From Camelus ferus (taxonomy: Eukaryota), in NCBI RefSeq assembly GCF_009834535.1, contig NC_045698.1, positions 6,574,001 to 6,638,000 on the forward strand: a DNA stretch of 64,000 bases. Reading direction: 5' to 3'. The position numbers and the translations under genes are program-made. The notes beneath the pieces were generated by a model. The model searched no databases. It was given only the letters and a program-made list of their open reading frames with translations, and was not told the origin of the DNA. This document shows positions 38,951 to 52,555 of the stretch, piece after piece (the stretch's first letter is position 1; the number at the start of each line of letters is the position of its first letter).

Positions 38951-40653
38951 CGAGAATCCTCAGACGGAACGAAGAGCCATTTTAGGCAGAGCCACGCAGT
39001 TGGAACATGAATGTCTGATACCATACTTGGGGTGGAGTGAACTGATGGAAACCCCAGCCGTGGGGCCACTGCAGACAGGCGTTTACGGGAGTGCAGGCTG
39101 ACCTGCAACAGGTGAAGCAAAGCATCTCCGTTGAGGTGGGGAGTCAGGACTGGAGGGCAGTGAGGATTACAGGTGGAAAGCTGGCCTTGTGCTCAAGCTT
39201 GTGGAGGGAAACATGGAAGCAAACTAGAGAACGGGTTCCAGGTGGGAGGCTGAGGAGCAGGGCAGGGTGGCACCAAGACTGTGTTTACCAGCTGGGGAGC
39301 TTGCAAGACCGTCCATCTGAAAGGCCACCTCCGTGCATGGCTAAGTGGGAGGAAGGCTTAAAGGAGCAGCGCCAAGGAGCTAACAGACTAGAAAAGTGGA
39401 CAATTAGGGACAATTAGCATGAAAAAGAGATGTGACTTCATCCAAAGGAGGGAGGAGCCATTGGAGGCTCAGTAAAATGCCAGGAAGAGAGTGAACTGAG
39501 GAGAATCAATACGGCAGAGATCACCAAGAAGAAGCTGCCACAGGAGAATTCTAGATTTTAAAATATTTTTTTAAAGACTATAAATCGTAGCCCATTTCTG
39601 CAAAACACCAGTCGTATGGAAACATCAGTCTAGAAACTGAGTATGTACCAGTGAGGAATGAATGTCTCTGAACTTAAGACATTCTCTCACTAGGAATTAA
39701 GATACAAAGAAAGTAAAGGATATTGTTGTCCACTCACTGGTCCAAAGCCACTCATGCGGTGGAGAAGCCAAGTCAGAGGTGGGCAGGTTGTCGAAGAAAG
39801 TGGGTTGACCGTCTCTGTACACACCACTCCCCTTTCTGACACTGTCCCTAGCTTCAGTCTCCCTGCATGAAGTCACCCCTGACAGTCTGTGTGGTTCCCT
39901 TTCAAATACCTGCACCTCGTTGGATGGTGCCTAGAGAAATCAACAGCGGACACTGAGGGTGAAGAAAGACGCTGCCTGACAGTAAGCATCCTGTAGGTTG
40001 GGGATCATCAGAAACCCCCAGGCATTCAGAAAAAAAAAAAAAAGTACCAGCAACAGGAAGGGAGAAGGAGGCACGAAGGCAAAAATGAGGAGAGGGGGAC
40101 GGGGAAAGAGGAAAGAAAGACCCTTAGGAAAGCAGGAGGAGGAGGAGAAGTGCGTACACAAGGAGCAGGGGCGCTCGGAAAAGGGGCGATGGCCAAGGAC
40201 ACGAGGGACCACAGGTGGGCTGGGCTCCAGGCAAGAGAGAGGAGGGCAGAGCCTCCCTCCCAGCTGCTCCCACATTCCTCAGCAAGAATCCAGCATTCAC
40301 GAAAACAAACATGAAGACGTGGAGCCAGAGGCACGTAAAGCCTGAAGTGACGAACACAGCATGGGGTAAAGGCTGCCTGGATGGGGCCATCCCAGGGTGT
40401 GCGGGGACCAGCCCTCCCTCCACTCCCCGCCCTGGCAGATGCCACCTGTGCCGGGGGCTGGTCCCCCGGGCAAGTTCATCACCCTCTCCACCTCAGTTAT
40501 AAGGGCCAATCACTTTACATTCAAGACCAGGATCAGGATTCAAATTTTGAAAACTGCTTTGTTTTTAAGATAGGTCTGTTGAATTGTTCAAAATTGCTAT
40601 CTAAATTCTGAACATTATTTGAGATTTTTCTTCTCCTGTTTTTCTCTTTTAGT

Positions 40654-40697
40654 CTTTTTTTTAATTGAAGTATAATTGTTTTACAATGTTGTGTTAG
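40654..40697 (-). mobile_element. Minimal L1 3' tail
   Basis: ttttttttaattgaagtataattgttttacaatgttgtgttag matches the reverse complement of the L1 terminus. Confidence 0.7.
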
Positions 40698-42405
40698 CAC
40701 GATGATGTGTAAACGCTGAGAGCCGCGTTAGAAAAGGATGAGAGATGGTGGCCCAAGTCTTAGTATTTGCTCTTTTTTGAAAGGTGTTCCTTCCCCTCGA
40801 GCGCTGGCCGGAGAATGGAATCTGCGCTGGACCCCGGTCCATCTCTTTGTTTGCCAACAGTGTCTGAATCAAGGAGCGTTTCCATGGGAGAGCATCAGTG
40901 CAAACAGCTGTGGCTTTAGACAGAGACCTTACACAAACGTGTGATACAGCAAATGTATGGGGAGAATAAAAGCTAAAAAACCAGACTTGAGAGTTGTAAC
41001 TGCACAGCAATGTTGTATCCGAAAAAGCAAATGAATATTCCGCCTTACTTTCCACATCAGCAAAAGCAGGCAGTCAGTCACCCTCCTGCATCGCAGTTGA
41101 GCCCAACGGTATTGATGTATTGAAGATGTACTAAAGGATGACACATACAGTGCCACAGTTGCGTGGAAGGGTCCAGTCCTCAAGGAATTCACCCTTTGGC
41201 TTTCCCCAAATTAGCAATGGTCTCTTTAGTAACCAGCTAATTATGTTCTGTACAAATAATGCCATATTCTGATCAAGACCTTTTAGTAAAAAATCTCTTT
41301 GATAATTATCTCACCTCCATTTAGAAAAGACAAGGCGAAATGTCCCGATTTCCCTTCTTGAAGTCTCTGGCGATCTTAGGGCCAAAGCAGGAACGCCTGG
41401 AGACCAGGCCCAGCGATGGCCAAGGCTTCACAGACAGCACGTCCTCACGTGGGGACACACGACCTTATGTTTGGGTCATTTCATGACACAGTCACCTGGC
41501 TCTGAGACCAGCAGAGGCAAATTCTATCTCCCCGAACAGAAGAACAGCCACCTCTGAAAGTCGTATCCCAAGATGCACAAGACAGAGACGGACGCCTCCT
41601 GCTTGAGGCCGTCACACCCAGATCCACCCTGAGACCCCTCCCTCCATCAGACAGTGGTCACTGTGAAACCGCATGGTTTAGAAATAGAAGCTGAGACCTA
41701 TGGGAAAGAGAAGGCAGCAACTGGGGATTTCATTTCTCCGAGCGTTGACCAATCCCAGCAACTTTGGGGACTGTTTTCCATTCCATCTTCCTGCAGATAA
41801 CCCTTTGGTGAGTATTTAAAGCTGGCAGGAACCGCGGACCCTGGAAGGACTACACCGCTTGAGTCACTGAAATAAAGCTGGTGTAAAAATTACTTCCTTT
41901 TCCTTTCGTCCCACAGCAGACAATGAGAAGTGTTCTGAGCTGCTAGGAGGCATGGGAGCAAAGGGAAAGAAAGTGGCAAAAATGACTTCTTTATTCAAGC
42001 AAACGAGTTGCCCAAAACTAAGCAACAGCTCAAAATGAGCAATTTCTAAAATCGGCTAAGGACACCAGCGTCTCTGAATAGTCACTACTTTCTTATTTCT
42101 GCCAAATTTTCAAAGGGCAGCCTCACTTTTCAGGCAGGCAATTTTGAAGCGCTAGCACAAGTGGTTAATTTGCATGGCCAATTGGCCTCTCAGCTCTCAT
42201 TCTGACAGCTAAATTGATCTGTCCTTTGTAGACTAGAATCTCAGTACCCAGAAAGAGACTGTCTGAGGCTTTTTGCAAAATGCGGTCTCTCAATTCCTAC
42301 TTCTTCAAAACAATGTATCCAGCAAGACTTACTCTGTAAGCAGTAGCTTAGCCACACAGAGATTCAGGATTCAACCCAAGCTCAAAATTCAAGATTTAAT
42401 TCCAA

Positions 42406-43122
42406 GATGTGGAAAACAGTATGGAGATTCCTCAAAAACACTAAAAATAGACTTACCATATGAACCAGCAATCCCACTCCTGGGCGTAAATCCGGAGGGA
42501 ACTTTAATTCAAAAAGATACATGCACCCCAGTGTTCACAGCAGCCTAATTACAATAGCTAAGACATGGAAACAACCTAAATGTCCACCAACAGATGACTG
42601 GGTAAAGAAGCTATGTTATATTTATACAATGGAATAATACTTGTCCATAAAAAGTAATAAAATAATGCCATTTGCAGCAACATGGATGGACCCAGAGAAT
42701 GTCATTCTAAGTGAAATAAGACAGAAGGAGAAAGAAAAATGCCGTATGATATCACTCACATGCGGAATCTAAAAAAAAAGATAAATGAACTTATTTACAA
42801 AACAGAAATAGACTCACAGACATAGAGAACAAACTCATGGTCACCAGGAGGGGAAGAGAGTGGGAAGGGATAAATTGGGAGTTTGAGATTTGCAGATACT
42901 GACTACTATATATAAAACAGATAAACACGTTTCTACTGTAGAGCACAGGGAAGTATATTCAACATCTTGTAGTTACCCATAATGACAAAGAATATGAAAA
43001 CAAAGATATGTATGTATATGCATGACTGAACTATTACTGTACACCGGAAGTTGACATGACATTGTAAACCGGCCATACTTCAATAAAAAAACAAAAATTA
43101 AAAAATAAAAATAAATAAATAA
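42406..43122 (+). mobile_element. 5'-truncated L1 (end of ORF2 plus 3'UTR and A-rich tail), camelid/cetartiodactyl lineage
   Basis: Degenerate ORF2 C-terminus (LKIDLPYEPAIPLLG...KDTCTPVFTAA) and L1 3'UTR ending ccatacttcaataaaaaa. TSD aagatttaattccaa/aagatttaactctaa at 42391-42405 and 43123-43137. Confidence 0.95.
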
Positions 43123-43457
43123 AAGATTTAACTCTAAAAAAAGTAATTAATTACTACTGTCATTTAACTTCCGTTAAGGCAAACAGGAGGGCTTGGGTTC
43201 TTAGATCAGCCTTTTGGTCATTACACGGGAAGAGGAAAATATCTACCACAGATTAAACCCACAGCTGACACCAAAGCCTGCCCAGAGTGCAGCGGAGCCT
43301 AGGCGGACAGAGGTCTGACACACGGGCGTGCAGGAGAAGAGGGGATTTACCCCCAGAAAGACGGCAGACTCTGAAATTCACAATGAACTGTCAGTGAAAT
43401 GGCGATGAGGTAAATTGCTCAGAAAAATATTTTTCTTAACAAAAAAGCAGATAGAAT

Positions 43458-43500
43458 TTTTTTTAAAGAAGTTTCTGGGTTTTTTTAAAGAAGTTTCTGG
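43458..43500. repeat. 21-bp tandem duplication (tttttttaaagaagtttctgg)
   Basis: 43458-43478 is identical to 43480-43500. Confidence 0.9.
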
Positions 43501-46500
43501 CTACAAAGGATGCTCCCTGTCCGATTCAGTAGAAAGAAATGACAAGACGTTCTCCTTTAACTCAGTAAAGGCAATCAGATGAGCACAGCCCCTCGCCGGC
43601 CAGTCCCGTCTGCATGCTGAGCTGTGTCAGTTCTGGGCTCGCCCTGACTTCATTTCTCTTACGCGCCCGGACGCTAATGCTGCCGTTTTACATGGTGTAC
43701 GGTAATCTGGGCCAAACAAATTGTGTTTTGACTTAAAAGTCAAACTCTGGTGGTGTATTTTGGCTTACATCCAGCGAATGCTCTGAAACCATTTCAGAAC
43801 ATTCATTTCTCCAAAGGCCTGAAGAGTAAAAAGACTTCAGTCCTGCTGAAACTGGTCCCAATGACCTGTTGGGTCTTCCATTGTCAAAGGTGGACGCCAA
43901 GACTGAGAAAGAGGACAGCTCATGTGTTCGTGACAGCATGTGGCCAAGACGCTCAGAGATGCACTGGTTTCGCGGTTTTGAGGCCAGAGAAGGCTGAACA
44001 GCTGTATGAATCCCTGGGTCTGTTGCATAACCCAAAATCTAAATCTGTGCTATTTGTCATCCTCTCAGTACAAATGAGTGATAAAAATAAGAAACAGGCC
44101 ACTATTCATTGAACCAGATGGCATCTTACCTTCCTGTAAACACGGCTGTTTAGAGTGTTTACACTCGTGGGGGAATAAAAAGATTTTCTCTTCTTTACGT
44201 TTGGCAATGAGTCATGCCATCCATGTCAGCACAAACGGTACTGAAATTTCCTCCCCACGAAGAACCAGCACCGCCTCAGTGGTGTTTAAAAACAACCCCG
44301 TCAGCCGCCTTTAATTAGTCAGGAGGCGTGTTGTCCACCCTGCAGCCTCCTATTAAGGAGAAGATGGGGCCAAATTGGACTCGCTAGACAGAACCCGAAG
44401 GCTGGCCACATCCTGAAGCAAACCTGCTGCAGAAGCCACGCTCCTCGGTGTGAGTCACAGACGCTTTCTTCATTGGCTTTGCGACACGCACCCTTAAAGA
44501 TTTCAGTCCAGGAGTCTGACTTGAAGGTGTCCCCTCTACCTGTACCCCTCTCCCCGACTTTGACGAGCGACCCCATGGACCTAAAACAGCAAACCTGGGA
44601 GAGGAGTGTTGAATAATCTCGGGAAGTTTCAGAGCTTACTGAACATTAAAGGCACCTCAGTCAATCGCTAAGCACCACATCCAACACCAGCCCTGCTCCG
44701 CTGGACTAACTGGAAAGGAAACGGGGCCAGTCTGAAATGCAGGTGGTGTTTTAGAAAATGGTGTTTCACTGACAAGCTCTGCCATCACATGTGACAACGC
44801 AGGGAGCGCGACCCGGGCCAAGCCTGACCCGTGCGAACCCCCAGCGACTGTCTGCCCTGCCCCTCCTCGCTGCCCCCACCGTGCGGTGGGTTTGGGTTTC
44901 CTTTCCCTTAACTGTCAAGAAGACAAGCCTGTCCTCTGTTGGACGAACTGTATTAAACTGACCCACTGACGTGAGTTTGTTTTTTTCTTTTGATTTTACA
45001 GGCTTCTGAGACAGTAACTCCCCTCCTTGTGGTACATATGAAGTTTATTTATGAATCTGAAACCCAAACTCTGTATTTCTTGTCCTTTTAGAGTATATCT
45101 TGTTGGCTCGACCGCATCAGTCAAGCCAATCATCTCAGGAGCCATCCTGCATCCCAGCTGGCTCTCTGGGACCTACTCATGTCCCCTGGGTCCCCACGTG
45201 ATGCAGGCACCTCTCCTCTGGGACCAGGACACCCAGGGCCCGTCTCTGGCCATCTCCGATCACCTTTGGTTGTTATCCGTTTGCTTCCCCCATCAAGGGC
45301 AGTCATCCTGTCCTATAACTGAATCTCCGGGCCCAGGCTTAGGTAAATGAGTGTGTCCAAGAGGGAAAGCAACAAGGTTTCCTTCATTGTACTTCCAGGT
45401 GGGTGTAAATGACAACAGACCTGGGGCACGAACCCGAAGTCAGCTTCTAGAAACGCTCTTCCAACTCGGCATCACATCGTCCAATCTGACAGCACTCAAA
45501 ACCACCCGGAAAAACTGAGTTAGCCAAACCTAGATGGGACCAAGATGCTGCCCCACCCTCCTCCAGGTCTGGAAGGGGCTCAGCGGGTGTCCAGGTGGGA
45601 GGCGGTGAATGGAGTCTGTGCGGGAGGGAAGGGCCCGAGGGAAGGGCCCGAGGAGACAGAGTTGCGCCTTCCCGGCTCAGAGGCTCCAGGCTTGCCCTGA
45701 TCCCACCTCTGCTCAAAATAAAATTCTCCTCTCGCCTCTCTCTAGAAGGATTTCAAGTCTCAGAAGTTTTCCGATGCTGCTCATATAGGTTCACGTCCCC
45801 GTTTTTACATCCTGTTCACGCTCTTGTGAAATCCAGACTTGCCCAGGCTCCCCTGTGCAAACAAGCCGAAACCTCCCTCTTCTTCACCTGGAATATACAA
45901 GGGTCCTCCTACAGACTCCCTCGGGAAGCTGCCTCCACCCACCCCAGATCCCCTCTGGGTGTTCAGGGTGTCCCCACAGACAGAAGGCCGCTTGCATGAA
46001 CAGTCAGGGCAGGAGACCAGGGCCGCCCCAGCGGCCAGCAGTGACCAGTCAGGGATGCACCTTCCCTTGGTGACAGAAACATCACCTTGTAACTCAAACG
46101 CTCGTGCTGATATTTCCCTCAGTAAACCCATGTTTAACAACTACCAGCAAACTTCTAAGCGAAAGTTTCTCTAATTTCCGATATAATGATCGGCTGAGCA
46201 GGGATGAGTCCTGCGTGATAATTCTGTAGTCACGGATTAAAACAAAATCCACAGTTGCTTCCTCGGTCTCTGTTCTCCCTGTAATCACAGGTTTCAGGCC
46301 CTCCACCTATACAGTGTCCTGAACGTACATGACCTTCGGCCGGTGGCGTGTCACCCACACCCCTGCCCTGTCACTGCCATGTCCCTTCTCCCCAGTGACC
46401 TGCAAAGAAAAAAGTTGAAAGGATCTCCCTGTCGCCCTCCAGGTTCCTACGTCACACACAGCTTCAGAAAACACGGACGTGCTCTGGCCAGTGTGAACGT

Positions 46501-48858
46501 GAAGTGACGACGCGCTTTGCCAAGTTAAAACCTCAGAAGCATTTTAGGTAATTTAGCACCAGGAAATCAATATGTCCTTGGGGACATTTTATGCTTGCCT
46601 TTAAAATGTGCATTTTAATCTCCATGTTAGTACTTTTCTTGACCCCGCTTGTACTTAAAATTCCCATCAACCACGTCTTAGGCCTATAGACATGACACTA
46701 TTTCATAAGGGTGCTAAGCCTCATAATCTGAATCCAGGGCTTCACAGAAAGGTTTGTCTAACTCCAGTGAAGAGGGCAAAACAGTGATGAGACGATAAGG
46801 TCACCTGACAGCAGAACACAGACCTGTCCTTACTTTGGGATATTTTTTTTCGAACTATATACTCAAGTATTCAAGTAAGACATTCTTGTCACATCAGGTT
46901 TCTCAACCACGTTCTCTCTCTTGGACCAGCAGCCAGCCAGCATCTCAGCACAGTGCTAAAGTCAAACCTGTCTCTCTCATATTTCATTGGAGAAACTACA
47001 GTCTAATTATGGACTGTCTTATCAATGCAGCCGTCACTGTGAACACCAGGGAAATTAAACCATAAACAGAAGCCCTCATTCACATGGAAAGCTGATAGCA
47101 TTGCGGGAAGAGGTGATAAGACCCATTATTACACTTGGAACAAAACATCTTGCCCTGCTGGCCATTTACTTCTGCTCGTGCTTCAGATGGCACTGGGAAG
47201 ACGGGACATGGCTATTCATTACTTGCTGATAATTGCTCAGGTCGTGCCCCCTTTCCAAATAGTGTAAAAGGAGCTATAAATCAGAAAAGTGGCATGAAAT
47301 TTGGGTGACAGCTGCTCTTCTCAAAGACTCCTAAGGTAAATCACCAAACTGTAACTTGAGACAATAGCATGGTCTTTACCCACATTCCTTGATGGAGATT
47401 GAACTCCATACCCAATTCAAATTCAGTCTCTCTTGTTTTCATACTCTGGGGGACACTGGGGTCTTTCAAGAGAATCTAAAAGATGCAAATCAATCATAAC
47501 CATCCTGAGATGAGAAAGGGGAGGGTCAAAAATGGCCCAGGTATCAAGATTTCCCTCTGCTGTGAACCTTGGAAGTCAACGTCCTCAGCGTCTTCTTCAC
47601 TCAGCCAAGGATGGCAGGCAGGAGCTCCCCTTGGCACATAAGGCACCTGACAAGGTGCGGACAGCAAGTAACGATGCTGGTTCTATCCAAACAACAGAGT
47701 AGATGGAAAAAGATAATAGTCATGATGGAAAGCTGAATCACTGAATGGTTTTAGCCCTACACCCAGCCCTTCCTCCATCAAAGGGTAAACTGCCAATGGA
47801 AACAGACTCTTCCCCCTCATTTCCTTGTTTTCTCTTTCCCACCAGCATTTTCCCTGTGTGTCAGCCCTAAGCCCACATGGGCTCTCCTGCACTCCCCCCG
47901 GCGATGAGAGACCTTTAAAGAAAGGAATGACAGAGACATCACAACGCCATAAGCTTTCCTCCCTCAAGGACGTTCACTTCGGAGACTGTCACTGCTCAGA
48001 AGACATCTTCATTCCTGCTGAAATCACCAGGGGGGCCCCCTTCTCCTCAATGTCCATTTGCTTTGACATGCACACACGGCCATCCAGGAGCCACGTGCTC
48101 CCCAGAGCAAGAAGTTGTGCAGGATGCCAGAGCCATCCTTGGCTCAACAACCGACAGCAGCTTGGGGAGAAACCAGTGTTGAATCTGAGCCAGCGTTCCA
48201 CCGTCCTGGCCGACACACCACCTCACGAGCAGAAAGCAGAAAACACGCCACCCAGATTACCCCAGATTCTTGCCCCCGAGTTCTCCCACCAGGGCACAGA
48301 GCCTGGCACTGTGTTTCCGAAGGAGGTTTCACAGCCTCGTTGAGAGAGGAGTCACAGTGGGCTCCCACAAACAAGGCCACGTTCTCTAACCCAGACCAAA
48401 TGAAACTTTCTTTTACCTTCCAGCCACACTCTCCCTAAACAAAATGAAAAGAGAGAGACTGGAGGTGCAAATAACCATTGCCATCACTTGTCATTACTTG
48501 TGCCTCATGCCCTCACCCAGCTGGTAATTCAAGGTGCTATTTATTACAAAAGCCCTAAAATCACTGTCTCCTCCAAGTCAAAGCAGAGGCACTGAAGTCC
48601 AGCGATGATGACCATCCGAAGGGCAGGCAGGAAAGCTTCCAAAGAGGTCTGATTCCGTCAGGAAGAAGCAACGCCCTGAGAGCTGCTTCGGAGCCTGCAG
48701 CCACCACGGATGTGATAGACAGAAAAATCCTGCTTCCTTACCAAGAGCTTAAACATCTACTTTGTACCTGCGAGATTCAGAATACAAATGGAGTTGGGTA
48801 ACTCCAGAGATTACTTCTTTCAAATGGTAACTGGTATTCATGAAAGAAAAGGAAAATA

Positions 48859-49190
48859 CAGCAACCTCACTATTCACGGATTGCATATTTACAGATTCCA
48901 TATTTGCGAATCTGCCTACTGGCTAAAGCTTATTTGTAACTCCAAAATGGTCCGCTGGTTGTGAGTTCAAAGCTAATGAATCAACCATATATTAAATAAA
49001 GTGTCATTAAACACAAACATGCATAAAGTGAGGTTCTTCATTGATGGGCTGATGAAGATGTTGAGCCCAGAAGCTCACAGGAGCCTAGCGCTCTGTGCCC
49101 TCTAGGAGCAATGGTTCAGTACCGCTAATTCAAGATTCAGGATGAACTTACAGAGCATGAGGACCACGAGTCCCCCATGAAGATGACCAT
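48859..49190 (+). mobile_element. Tigger4/MER46 (Zombi)-type DNA transposon
   Basis: attccatatttgcgaatctgcctactggctaaagcttatttgtaac...ctaggagcaatggttcagtaccgctaattca. Confidence 0.8.
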
Positions 49191-52100
49191 AAACACCAAA
49201 GGGCACCAGCAGCAGGTAGAATACTCTAACAAAGCCCCAGTCCCGCACTGGGCCTGTCGGACGCTGGCGGATGTGAAGGCAGGTGGAAGGAGCGTGTGAG
49301 TGGAGTGCACAGCACACGAACGAGGGACCACCTCGATGGAGGGGGATCAGGGCTCAGGCAGTAGAAACTCAAAAGACGCAAGCCACATGACTGTTCCTGA
49401 AAAGCAAAATATTGGCCTTCTGGCTTCCAAGGAGCACGGAACTCATCGTGCTGGCAGCAAGATGCGGGAGGCCCCGGTGCCTGGCTGTCTGGCATTAACC
49501 ACCATGGGCAGGAGCCCTTTCTGAAGTCATCCTAGAGCGAAAATTAGACCCCTCGGAAACAGATCTGGACAATGTGGGCATTAGGGATGACAGACCGGTG
49601 GCCAAGGTCACTTTCTTGCCGAGTGGGGACTCCGGCTCTGGCTGGCAGGCCTCTTTAGAGCTCTCATTACATAATGTAAACCAGATCCCCGTCTCCCGCG
49701 GCAGACAGTGGCCCGCGCTCCCTCGATCTAAGGGATGATTACTGTCCTAAAGAGCTGATTGTGTCTCATTACACTTGAGAGAATATAATCCTGACAACCT
49801 GGGCTATTAATGTGCACTTTCAAACACGCCACACTGGCCTTTGACACAGTCCCATCTGTCACGTGTCAGACAGCAAAGTGTGTTCTTGCTGCACCAGCGT
49901 GTAGAGGAGAACTTACACCGTACAGAATGGCAAGCGTTGTTTTTTCCCTAGTCCAGGAAAGTCTTAATTCCACTGAGACACTTGTAGTGCACTGAGATCT
50001 TTAACATTAAAAAACAAAAGAAGCAACACAATCCGTGAAGGCCATAAAATAAAAAGGCCCAAAGACATTACCTTCTTGCTCCCTTACAGCTTTATAGGCC
50101 TTCTCCTCTAGAAACTTCTGCCCTGTTATTATAGTATTAAGAATCATAATGACTACCTTTTGGAATAGGATTGACTTCCTTTTAAACTACATTCCTTCTT
50201 CTGTAATAAAAGAAAAAGAAAGGAAATTAAGCATCTTTCCTCATCTCCACCTCTACACTGGGAGCTGTCAATAAAAAGACAGTGAAAACACCAGAAAAGG
50301 CTCCCATGAGTCCTCAGACTAAGAGAACACAAAGAAAGAAAGCAAAGGTCATACTATCTCCCACGTCCAGAAAGGGTACTTTCAACTATGATCACAAAAA
50401 TGTAAGTTGGCAGGCTCCACAAACACATTCATAAAGAAAATCAGAACAATCTATAAATGATAAATCAAGCCCAAGAATTACGGCTCTGAGTCCGGTACCA
50501 GAGTTTGTATTTCACCAGCATCAGACAGGGCTTTATCTCGCCTGTACCCCAGGCGATGAGTACTGCAAACTAACCACCCCTCTCAAGGAGTTCCCCAGGT
50601 TACTTAGCATCTCGTCAGCTTAGTTCTTGACAAAGCATCAAGTCTGGGAGGCAGTGTGCCAGCGCGAACAGGCCAGGACAGGAAACGGGTTTCAAACTGA
50701 GATCAAGCAATCCTGTAATAAGAAATTGTGAGAATTTTTTTTTTTTTTTGGATGACTATTCCATCTGGCTTTTCAGCCAAACCTGGCTCTAAAAATTCCA
50801 CGATCTCTCCAAATACTAGATGCTAAAAATAAGGACATGTGTATATATGTTAACTGAGAGTTTTAAAGAGATCCAGGGGCAACATGAAAGGAAGGCTTAA
50901 GCACCATTAAAATGTCGAGCTAAAGGCACAGAAGTGGTGGATATTTCACTAAAACTTTCAGAAGACCCTTCTGGGAAGGGAGAGTGAGTCAGCAGGGGAC
51001 ACATTATCTGGAGAGCCTCAAATGCGCAAAGCACTGAGGGAAAAACATGATCAAAAGTTTGAAGACAACCAGAGAAGGTGCTTAGAAAGAATCTGTCTGC
51101 TAATGACAGCAGGAGCCAGCTCTTTGTTCCCAAGAAGCCAGCAGTGACAGGACTTCGAATGGGGCATAAATTCAAATAGAAGTAAATCTTTCTGGGTTCC
51201 CTGCAGAATTTCCACTCACCAGCTTCATCTTTCAGCAGGGTTCGAGTTCCCTGTTACCCAGTTCAACAAAGAACTGCTCTGTCCCCAGCCCGGCCAGGGA
51301 GGGAATTATCTGTCATGGCCACACTGTGCCTTCCTGGGCAGTTTAATCTCTCTGCTACAACCCACTGCGAAGAATTGCTTCTGTAAAGACAGGTGTCAGG
51401 CCCTGGGTTTTGGCTGGGGAACAGGGCAGGGTAATCGGAAGCGGAGAACAAAACAACAAAATGAGACAATGAAAAATGCCAACTTTCAAGAGAATTCAAG
51501 GCGAACACAGAGAAAAGGAAAGAAAAGAGGAAGACGGCTGGTGAGCGGGCAGAGCACGATGAGGGCCACCTGTGACTTTGGGCACTAACAGAAAGCAGAT
51601 GTGTCTGCGGCCTTGGCCTCCAGTCCCTCTAGCCCGGTCCTGATGCAGCCGAACTGTACCCCAAACCACAAAAGGGCTGGAGGAGAGACGGAGAACTAAG
51701 TTGGTCCAGCTGCAATAACAAACCAGAAGGGTCGAACCACCAAAGCTTTTAAAAATAAACATGGTGATTCAAAGCGAGGGGGAAACCCAGCGCTGGGGGA
51801 ACTTCAAGCAGCACTGGACCTCACCAGACCTCGGTTTAAAAACCATTTAGAACTGCCTTTCCATGAGGTGTTTAAATGACAACAGAGAGGCCTGCTCACG
51901 GCAAAGAGAATAGGGTCCAACAGAGGAGTCCTCAGAAGGGCCTGCCCAGACTACAGAGGGACCCGGCTCGCCTTTCATCACCCCGTGCAAATTTCCTTCG
52001 TCCTGAACAGGCCTCCAGGGCCCCAGGACGCTGGAAGCTTCCAGAGTCTTCATACAGTTACCCCCTGAATTTTCTAAATCAATCCTAGCAAATTAACCAA

Positions 52101-52334
52101 ACAATGCACCTATTTCGGAGCTTTGGGGAAATAACTGGTCTCCCTGTCTGTGCTAAAAACCTGCTGTTTCTAAGCTCAGTTCCTGAAAGGACTAACGGTG
52201 ACCCAGGACTTCCCAAGTTGCTTAAAAAGAAGCCAGAACATGTCACGCACCCACAATGGCTGTGTATGAGTCTACAGCCAGCGCTCTGTTCTTCAAGGAA
52301 AGTTGGGAAAAGGCTCCCCAGAGGACTAGAAAAG

Positions 52335-52555
52335 GCACAGTGACCCTAGTTCAAATCCTGCCCCTACTTCCTACCTGGGCAACACGGACCTGTTTTCGTA
52401 GGGGTTTTTGTTTGTTGATTTTGTTTTGTTTTTTAACTTTCCTGGGTTGTTTCCCATGTAAAAGTAGATTAAGAACAGCAATCAGGTTATAGGAAAGTTA
52501 TGAGCTTTCAGAACTCTGCATGCCAAGTTCCTAGCTCAACATTAGTGTTCAATCT
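52335..52555 (+). mobile_element. MIR SINE
   Basis: gttcaaatcctgcccctacttcct...ctgggcaa...tttcccatgtaaaa...ttagtgttcaat. Confidence 0.55.

Noticed and set aside
38440..39120. Longest ORF (226 aa, minus strand)
   Set aside because: Non-ATG start, overlaps an L2 fragment, no recognisable domain, and Ser/Pro/Leu-rich composition typical of chance ORFs.
42273..42548. ORF with L1 ORF2 C-terminal similarity
   Set aside because: Frameshifted remnant of a 5'-truncated L1, not a gene.
46330..46400. Strong minus-strand acceptor cttttttctttgcag near 46400
   Set aside because: No convincing donor at exon distance; isolated acceptors are common in long introns.
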